This document shows positions 8,201 to 13,132 of a stretch of 13,132 nt of DNA, in pieces. The stretch covers positions 1 through 13,132 of the forward strand of contig CAXGUD010000073.1 of NCBI GenBank assembly GCA_964012805.1, written 5' to 3'. The stretch comes from an uncultured Bacteriovoracaceae bacterium. GTDB taxonomy: Bacteria; Bdellovibrionota; Bacteriovoracia; Bacteriovoracales; Bacteriovoracaceae. A program made the position numbers and the translations under genes. Numbering within the stretch: the first letter of the stretch is position 1; the number at the start of each line of letters is the position of its first letter. The notes beneath the pieces were generated by a model, which saw only the letters and a list, made by a program, of their open reading frames with translations, was not told the origin of the DNA and did no database searches.

Positions 8201-8423
8201 TATCGACTTCACTTCCAACCGTCGAATTTAAACTCCCCCACCCTTCGGCAATTTTACCTTCTTGCTCATCGAGGTCTTCTTCAACCGCTGTTGGGTCTTT
8301 GTTGTAATCTAGTGGCTTTTCTTTTTTCGACTGAGAAAAAGTGCTCACTGAAAAGAAAAGAAAAAAGAGAAACAAAAGGAAAAAGAACCGAGAATTAACT
8401 TTCTTTTTTTGGAAACTCTTCAT
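5247..8423 (-). CDS. Large secreted Lys-rich hypothetical protein (1058 aa) with a C-terminal tandem Cys-rich repeat
   Basis: 3.2-kb open frame with a Sec-type signal peptide, MKSFQKKKVNSRFFFLLFLFFLFFSVSTFS. I recognise no catalytic motif. Confidence 0.88.
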   Translation of the reverse strand: MKSFQKKKVNSRFFFLLFLFFLFFSVSTFSQSKKEKPLDYNKDPTAVEEDLDEQEGKIAEGWGSLNSTVGSEVDKAVSKDALTNHLFNELGKFSTSFDLAKGSMGKEGDEQASPVPGTSLTYGVGLRLQVYRKAIANKNVRSTYSVYDYFKLSIVPSVNLGFSPFYAKGNANIDLEFQNVRTVSPRDYKLFPRLKTLIKQIKRKSDKEPKRPSHNTIKETNEEFKHFMPPSDKEIFGKVYLAGILNPITQTLRLPLRTGLVKYMEPYEVMSYSLNGGVYLGVGFGTPLPPQSYFFKVFRSGIEGGFFVKGQHRVTVLREPPGPGNDQFVRIKLTRIKQRGVRGTLGNTATTDLKSMMKLDNKIEGNFIYKTLAGIPKFRPFTYSMEKSKALVYEQAYRVNINTKEGAEAYNKAAWGDFRLLAKYSSKKGFMSFGKLSKKPVERIYTKKEKKNIKNRTKYMELFLVSLRKSKVITTTETDGNVGGQHEHYFDTEVMSERQRKILFAFNNDRSHKFTVHIDPERFKHELHRKNKDPNSLYVVVEVKRSNAAITPKEYVEFVKEVESSLDMPGMFPLPPKGKRGYFKGNLGKTDLQYTLKINRMQVEKLLNYPVDKKWAALMKAFDQKDWDTNAKRVKAVLKRMAVYAGTIPMSMLGSKLKEKDDILVAMMKYQRWMELKKRARYPGNTDKSLKEFTEELGEFFYSGDYGPEMIKLLRVVLDGEKIPYQGYFNNKLINAHRTFKFRDTGKFVDPNIIKMKRSFDYYRPNWEGIQVSGLTASLIGKKFFTIRFSLKKKPKTLYFNLRRKETLNFFKNKSLETIVIKNDKGQFKEGLNIIQFRIEDRNHPLHSIVEHLVIKKRTLLWANRYRLTMAASENGMHYGDAEWTDFRTRILKGDKAVQEFKKFTNKNFEICLGKTAAELILFLGDRQFFVCPKDDERNEDSTCKRGLNPYKHSKNKSKKENTELRNEWIIKNCPKTSEAEKIKKLTEKRNVCRGMNGKSIITHLGKKPFYMCDLESKDRDARGFCRSGWRPYKASLEDHEDDPFRARNEWIMQYCPL
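5250..5693 (-). repeat. Two protein-level repeat units with an 81-aa period and 4 Cys each
   Basis: ICLGKTAAELILFLGDRQFFVC...TCKRGLNPYK...LRNEWIIKNCP aligns with VCRGMNGKSIITHLGKKPFYMC...FCRSGWRPYK...ARNEWIMQYCP. Confidence 0.9.
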
Positions 8424-8788
8424 TCAATAGATCCCATTTATTAAGGAAACCATCAAAAACTCTGCTGCATTAAAAACTAGAAGAATTTTATCACAATTCA
8501 AAAAATCCTCTCTTTTTAAATAGAGTTAGGGTTTAAAACAATAAATTGAGTTTTATTTTTTAAAGGAGGAAGTCTTCAGTAAATAAAGTTTACCTTCTGC
8601 AACACAAGGCGATAAAGATAGCTCTCTGGGCAAATACTCAAACAGGTCAAACAATAATTCATTAAGGGAAAATCTTTACTCAAAATATTAATTATGTTTC
8701 TTTAAAATTTGTTGTAAATAATCCACTCCAAGTAAAATAATTTAAAACCGCTAGGCATTGTGTCAAAGTAAAAAAATTGGAATGAGTT

Positions 8789-9847
8789 ATGTTCAGGGAT
8801 AATAATCAAAAGCGCGTACAATTTATTATGGATTCAATGATTGAAACCTTTGAAAAAAGGGAGGATGTTCAATCTGACCAAACCCTTTTTTCTAAGATGT
8901 CAAAAAAGGCCCTTGATATGGCCATCTATGCTTCAGAAAACCTTTTGAATGAACTTGGGGGGGTTTCAAATTACGATAAATTGTTCTCTAACCTCATGGA
9001 TGTTTACTATAGCCAATCCCCCTCATCTGAAATTCTTGATTTAGACTTAAATACTTTCGGTGACCAAATGAGAACAATGGCCATGGTTATTGATACAACC
9101 GTAAAAGACCAAGCAACAAACTCTAACGACCTTGATAAATATTCTAGTGAGTATAATGAAAACGTCTTGGAGAAAGCTCCCGAAGACGTGTCTGAACAAA
9201 GAAAAAGAGAAACTCACAACCAATTTCAGGCCCTCTTAAAGGCCTTTAGAGAAAAACAAAGCTTATTTAACAATATTTCAACAACCAAAGACCCGGACTT
9301 TACAGATAAATTGGCGACCTACGCCCATTATATTATGGAAGAAAATATGGCCACTCCTGAAGAGGTTTCGGTCGTCCTTAAAAAAATTGCTCAAAAGTCC
9401 TCTTATTTCCCAACATGGAGCGAATTTTATCAGGCCCTTAAGGCATCGGGTTCTAAGCATAGTTATAGAGAAAAAGATGAGCAAATCTTAAAAGAAGCGG
9501 AGGAGAAAGGTCCTTGTCATTATTGTGAGGATGGTTTTATTCCGCTCCTTGACCCAAACCCTTATACAAATGCTAGAGGAGTCAGCATTACAGCGACTGC
9601 TGCGAGTCGGTTCCGCTGCAGTTTTTGTATGAGAGGAGAGCAAGACTACCCAGGTATTCCCAAAGTAGACCTTATGAAACATGGCAATTTTATTGTTTTT
9701 AAAGACCTCGAAAAAAGAACTCTGAGGGATTTTCACGTCTCCCTTCAAAATGACCTAACTGGAAAATTAAGTGGAAAAAAGAATCCCAAAGGGAGGGGGA
9801 AGGGCCATAAAATCGATGCAATTAAACACCTAGGAGATTACTTCTAA
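8789..9847 (+). CDS. Hypothetical cytoplasmic protein (352 aa) with a C4 zinc-binding motif and a helical domain resembling phage helicase loader/inhibitor proteins
   Basis: Long ORF containing YFPTWSEF (9404-9427) and CHYC-x30-CSFC (9515-9628), with a basic C-terminal tail. The gene is likely real but its function is speculative. Confidence 0.8.
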   Translation: MFRDNNQKRVQFIMDSMIETFEKREDVQSDQTLFSKMSKKALDMAIYASENLLNELGGVSNYDKLFSNLMDVYYSQSPSSEILDLDLNTFGDQMRTMAMVIDTTVKDQATNSNDLDKYSSEYNENVLEKAPEDVSEQRKRETHNQFQALLKAFREKQSLFNNISTTKDPDFTDKLATYAHYIMEENMATPEEVSVVLKKIAQKSSYFPTWSEFYQALKASGSKHSYREKDEQILKEAEEKGPCHYCEDGFIPLLDPNPYTNARGVSITATAASRFRCSFCMRGEQDYPGIPKVDLMKHGNFIVFKDLEKRTLRDFHVSLQNDLTGKLSGKKNPKGRGKGHKIDAIKHLGDYF

Positions 9848-9961
9848 CAAGACCGTTTGAAATTAAAATAAATTCCGTTTACTAAACTTTATACTCCCTC
9901 TTTTTTTGAAAACTTTTATAATAGAGAGGGAACCCTTACTTTTTAGGAGGAGGAAAAAAGT

Positions 9962-10323
9962 TTGAGTAACGCATTGGCCATCTTCTTTTTAACAATCTCT
10001 TTAAACTACCACTCTATTTCTAAAAAAGAGTGCTTAGAAGGCAACTGGTTCAAAGCTGGAAAAAAAGATGCTTACTTTGGTTTAAAAAAAAATAGGCTTA
10101 GCCACCACAAAGATACATGCCTGAAGTACAACATAAAGCCGGACCCTATTCAGTATGGAAAAGGTCACATGGAGGGTCTCAAACTCTTTTGTACAAAACA
10201 GAGAGGGTATCACTGGGGCATAACAAATAAGGAAAATCCTAAAACTTAAATTACGCTGAAATAGAGTCTTCTTTTATGAAAGGCTTCGAACGAGGCCGTA
10301 GGGATAGAAGAAGTAGAAACTAA
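9962..10323 (+). pseudogene. DUF2799 (YfiL-like) protein, frameshifted near 10247 (pseudogene or assembly error)
   Basis: SKKECLEGNWFKAGKKDA..G...C.......YGKGHMEGLKLFCT..RGYHWG is typical of DUF2799. The ORF stops at 10249, but NYAEIESSFMKGFERGRRDRRSRN* continues in the -1 frame to 10323. Strong AGGAGG RBS with a TTG start. Confidence 0.7.
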
Positions 10324-10554
10324 TTAGTATACAGGTCTTCTTGTTATCAAGTATTGAACTTTAAGGAAATAGACAAAGCGTGGATCATTATCCAAAAGAT
10401 CTTTTATAGAAAGCTCTCTTTCTTTGAGCTCCTCTTCATAAAGACCATAATAAAACTCAATAAGTTTGTCGTAACCCGATAGATTCTCAGGATCTTGTCC
10501 TTTATGATAAATTCCGTGCTTTAAAAACTTGATTAAATTTTCACCGTCTTCCAT
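10324..10554 (-). CDS. Small hypothetical protein (76 aa)
   Basis: Protein-like helical composition. It fills the intergenic gap exactly and has a TAAAAT -10-like hexamer 6 nt before the ATG. Confidence 0.7.
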   Translation of the reverse strand: MEDGENLIKFLKHGIYHKGQDPENLSGYDKLIEFYYGLYEEELKERELSIKDLLDNDPRFVYFLKVQYLITRRPVY

Positions 10555-10647
10555 GACCCTATTTTACAATAAAACTTGAAACATCGATTAAATCAATGTT
10601 AAAAAACATTAAAAATTTTAATTTTCAAATAAAAATCGAATACTTAG

Positions 10648-10666
10648 GGTCTCCTATAAGAAGACC
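10648..10666. terminator. Possible hairpin or terminator downstream of the protease gene
   Basis: On the minus strand GGTCTTCT-TAT-AGGAGACC forms an 8-bp stem with one G-U pair. The U-tract is poor. Confidence 0.35.
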
Positions 10667-10677
10667 TCCCTTTTTTC

Positions 10678-11571
10678 CTAATAATCAACAATTTCCCTAA
10701 GAACGTCTATAGATGTGATCCGAGTGACTTCCTCTCCCTCACACCCTAAGTTGAAGCACCTTTTGGCCTTAAAACATTCCCGCCTATCACTCCAAACATA
10801 GTCCTCCTCACCACCAACAAGGATTCCCTCAACAAAGTCTCCCTTGCTGTTAAACACAGGACCACCAGAATTCCCTTCAAAGCTATCAAGGTTCGCTAAA
10901 AAATAGTTTTCATTTTTATTGCTTCTGACTCTCGCTCCTCCGGCCATTTTAAGAGGAAGTCCTGAAGGGTAGCCACCCAAGTAAAGCTTTTCGCCTAGCC
11001 TAACTTTCCCAGTAGTTCTTATTTTTAAAGGCTCTCTGTCCTTCACTACTCTATCCAGCCTCACAACAGCATAATCAAGGGAAGAAAACCTTCTAAGCCT
11101 CGACTCAATAACTTCCACACATTTGTAGACGTCTTTTTTTCTAATTTTGGTGTAGTTTTTACCTTGCTCTGAAATGTCATAACCAAAAACCCAGCGGGAG
11201 CCAATACAACCAAGCCTTGTCCTCACACAATGAGCGGCCGTTACAAGGATATCTTTGGCCACTAAAAAGCCTGAACATTTAGCAATCTGTTCTTGATCAT
11301 TAAACCTTTGAAGACTGCAGGTATCACCCGCTTTTTTTGTCTTCAACCTGTATAAGTCAGGTCGACCGAAGACTTTCTTTAACTTCCTTTTAGGAACTAA
11401 TGCAGCTATCGCCCTGGCATTTTTGAGCCACTGAGGGTTTGAGATTTGGTAAAGGTCACGACGGTCGTCCAGGCCATAAATGGCCTTCTCGCCATATCCC
11501 TTTGCAACAAAAGAAAATAAAATACCGAAAATAATAACGCTTATGCTTCTTAATCTTCTTTTAGAAATCAT
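10678..11571 (-). CDS. Secreted trypsin-like serine protease (S1, V8/glutamyl-endopeptidase-like), about 297 aa
   Basis: Catalytic triad motifs LVTAAHC, DYAVVRL and DSFEGNSGGPVF, with AIYGLDDR near the mature N-terminus. The start is probably ATG 11571 (AAAGGGA RBS, signal peptide MISKRRLRSISVIIFGILFSFVAKG) rather than 11649. Confidence 0.93.
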   Translation of the reverse strand: MISKRRLRSISVIIFGILFSFVAKGYGEKAIYGLDDRRDLYQISNPQWLKNARAIAALVPKRKLKKVFGRPDLYRLKTKKAGDTCSLQRFNDQEQIAKCSGFLVAKDILVTAAHCVRTRLGCIGSRWVFGYDISEQGKNYTKIRKKDVYKCVEVIESRLRRFSSLDYAVVRLDRVVKDREPLKIRTTGKVRLGEKLYLGGYPSGLPLKMAGGARVRSNKNENYFLANLDSFEGNSGGPVFNSKGDFVEGILVGGEEDYVWSDRRECFKAKRCFNLGCEGEEVTRITSIDVLREIVDY

Positions 11572-11763
11572 CTTTTGGTTCCCTTTGTTTTTACTGCATC
11601 GAGGCAATACCAATTTATTAAAATTAAAATTGGTCATTGAATCCATCAAAAATAAATAGGCCCTAAATAAAACCTTTTTTGTCGGACAAAGGCAAACTTT
11701 TTTAGGCTTTAAAGGGTCTGCACACTCCTTTTAATCTCAAACATTCTCCATTAGAATGCTTCC

Positions 11764-12198
11764 ATGAGTGATATTTCAGACAATCAAAATTCCTGGTCTT
11801 TAATTTTTGGTGCATGGTTAATCTCTTGTTTATCCATGGGGGGAAGCCTTTTTTTCAGCGAAGTGATGGAGTTTCCACCCTGCATCCTCTGTTGGTACCA
11901 AAGAATTGCCATGTACCCACTAGTCGCTATTTTTATGGTAGGTCTTTTTCCTCTAAGCAAAGAGGTTTTTAAATACAGTGCTCCATTTGTTGCTCTAGGC
12001 TGGTTGATCGCTCTTTGGCATAACCTTCTTCATTTAGGCATTATAAAAGAGGACTTGTCTCCTTGCCGTGAAGGTGTGTCCTGCTCAACTGTTTACATTA
12101 ATTGGATGGGGTTTATTACAATCCCCCTCCTTTCCTTTGTTGCCTTTTCTCTTTTAGGCGCCATTCTCTTTATCTTTTATCGGAGGCATTTCAAGTGA
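11764..12198 (+). CDS. bdbC: Disulfide bond formation protein, DsbB/BdbC family (144 aa)
   Basis: GSLFFSEVMEFPPCILCWYQRIAMYP, a second Cys pair PCREGVSC, ITIPLLS, and four hydrophobic helices. Confidence 0.93.
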   Translation: MSDISDNQNSWSLIFGAWLISCLSMGGSLFFSEVMEFPPCILCWYQRIAMYPLVAIFMVGLFPLSKEVFKYSAPFVALGWLIALWHNLLHLGIIKEDLSPCREGVSCSTVYINWMGFITIPLLSFVAFSLLGAILFIFYRRHFK

Positions 12199-12896
12199 AA
12201 AAAAATAAAAAGCCCAAGAAGAAGGATGAAGCCAAAACGGATGAAGCTAAAAGTAAGAAATCCATTGTCATAGTGTCATCCATCCTCTTAATTTTAGGTT
12301 TTCTCATAGGGGGCTATTTTTATAAGTTAGAACAGAAAAAACAAGACCACTTCATGAGCAAAAAATACGCTGAGGTTTTTGTCAGAAAACACTCTCCTTC
12401 TATGGGCCCAGACGATGCAAGCGTTTACCTTGTGGAATTTTTGGATCCAGAGTGTGAATCCTGTAAGGCCTTTCACCCCTCGGTTAAAAAAATTCTTAAA
12501 CAATACCCCGAAGATGTTAAATTAGTTATCCGTTATACACCCCTTCATAAAAACTCGAAGTTTGCCATCGCCATTCTTGAAGCTGCGAGAAGACAAAATA
12601 AATTTTGGGAAACACTGGATGTTGTTTTTCAATCACAACCTTCTTGGGGGAATCATAAAAACCCTAGGCCTGAGCTTCTCTGGAAATACCTTTCTAATGT
12701 TTCAGGCCTAGACGTTGAAAAAGTTAAAAAAGACGTTAATGACCCTTCCATACAGAAAGTTATCGAACAGGATATTAAAGATGGTAATAGACTTAAAGTG
12801 AGACGGACTCCGACTTTTTTCGTCAATGGAAAAAGGCTAAAGCGCTTAGGCTATCAACCATTAAAAACCGTCATCGAATACGAGATGAAGCTTTAA
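12195..12896 (+). CDS. Membrane-anchored DsbA/BdbD-family thiol-disulfide oxidoreductase (about 233 aa)
   Basis: VEFLDPECESC active site, cis-Pro loop RTPTFFVNG and an N-terminal TM anchor. The start is probably GTG 12195 (GGAGG at 12182-12186, GTGA overlap with the bdbC stop) rather than 12102. Confidence 0.92.
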   Translation: MKKNKKPKKKDEAKTDEAKSKKSIVIVSSILLILGFLIGGYFYKLEQKKQDHFMSKKYAEVFVRKHSPSMGPDDASVYLVEFLDPECESCKAFHPSVKKILKQYPEDVKLVIRYTPLHKNSKFAIAILEAARRQNKFWETLDVVFQSQPSWGNHKNPRPELLWKYLSNVSGLDVEKVKKDVNDPSIQKVIEQDIKDGNRLKVRRTPTFFVNGKRLKRLGYQPLKTVIEYEMKL

Positions 12897-12913
12897 ATTT
12901 TACCTCCTCAAGC

Positions 12914-12942
12914 TTGCCCATCAATCTTTCAAATTATAGAAT
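12914..12942 (+). promoter_or_regulatory. Putative sigma70 promoter
   Basis: TTGCCC-N17-TAGAAT, about 30 nt upstream of ATG 12975. Confidence 0.5.
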
Positions 12943-12974
12943 TTAAAAAAAATTTTTTAAAAACGAGGTCAAGG

Positions 12975-13132
12975 ATGTCCCGTCTAATTTTTGTTTTTCT
13001 GTTATTTTTTCTTAGCTTTAATGCCACAGCTGCCAAGAAAATCGCCAAGGTCATTATTTTAAGGGGTAAAGCAACTTACGAAACCCCAGGTTCTAAAGCA
13101 AAAAAGCCACTTAAAAGAGGTATGTCAGTCCC
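12975..13132 (+). CDS. Partial secreted protein, probably FecR-domain type
   Basis: Not in the ORF track. MSRLIFVFLLFFLSFNATA-AKKIAKVIILRGKATYETPGSKAKKPLKRGMSV.. is a signal peptide followed by an AKV...RG...L..G..V pattern like the start of FecR-like beta domains. GAGG RBS. Confidence 0.7.
   Translation, partial: MSRLIFVFLLFFLSFNATAAKKIAKVIILRGKATYETPGSKAKKPLKRGMSV

Noticed and set aside
8576..8662. 28-aa minus-strand ORF MNYCLTCLSICPESYLYRLVLQKVNFIY with a CxxCxxxCP ferredoxin-like fragment
   Set aside because: It has no RBS, the motif is incomplete, and the ORF is short enough to be chance.
8620..8670. GGGCAAA motif reminiscent of a c-di-GMP-I riboswitch
   Set aside because: It lacks the GNRA-capped stem, the GACGCAAAG element and the P1 pairing.
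2598..9748. Short nested ORFs from the track (2598-2891, 2605-2919, 3959-4270, 4462-4650, 6755-6982, 6775-6960, 8113-8307, 8174-8398, 9278-9484, 9488-9748)
   Set aside because: All lie wholly inside well-supported genes, in other frames or on the other strand, and show no recognisable motifs.
9895..9931. Inverted repeat TCCCTCT...AGAGGGA flanking a TATAAT
   Set aside because: The loop is long, there is no U-tract and no -35 element, so I cannot assign it as a terminator or operator.
8424..10554. Prophage or defence island around the Zn-finger gene
   Set aside because: No integrase, structural, transposase, nuclease or att-repeat evidence is visible.
11572..11649. N-terminal extension of the protease given in the ORF track
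   Set aside because: The RBS and signal peptide fit ATG 11571 better.
12102..12194. N-terminal extension of the DsbA-like ORF given in the track
   Set aside because: It overlaps bdbC extensively. GTG 12195 has a GGAGG RBS and a GTGA coupling overlap.

Overview
AT-rich bacterial chromosomal segment. Gene content and style suggest a Bdellovibrionota (Bacteriovoracales-like) predator, but that is inference only. Left to right: (1) a partial minus-strand gene missed by the ORF track, with tandem degenerate receiver and PilZ-like domains; (2) a heat-shock locus with a sigma32-like promoter, a ROSE-type RNA thermometer, an IbpA-like Hsp20 and a shortened class-B J-protein; (3) a translationally coupled pair, a FeeM/LuxI-like GNAT fused to a cNMP-binding domain plus a membrane-anchored atypical receiver; (4) a 1058-aa secreted protein ending in a tandem 81-aa, 4-Cys repeat; (5) an orphan Zn-finger protein with a phage helicase-loader-like FPTxxE motif; (6) a frameshifted DUF2799 gene; (7) a small hypothetical gene; (8) a secreted trypsin-like protease; (9) a bdbC/bdbD-type disulfide-bond pair; (10) the start of a probable secreted FecR-domain protein. 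I saw no rRNA, tRNA, CRISPR array or mobile element. All family calls come from motif recognition by eye, not database searches.
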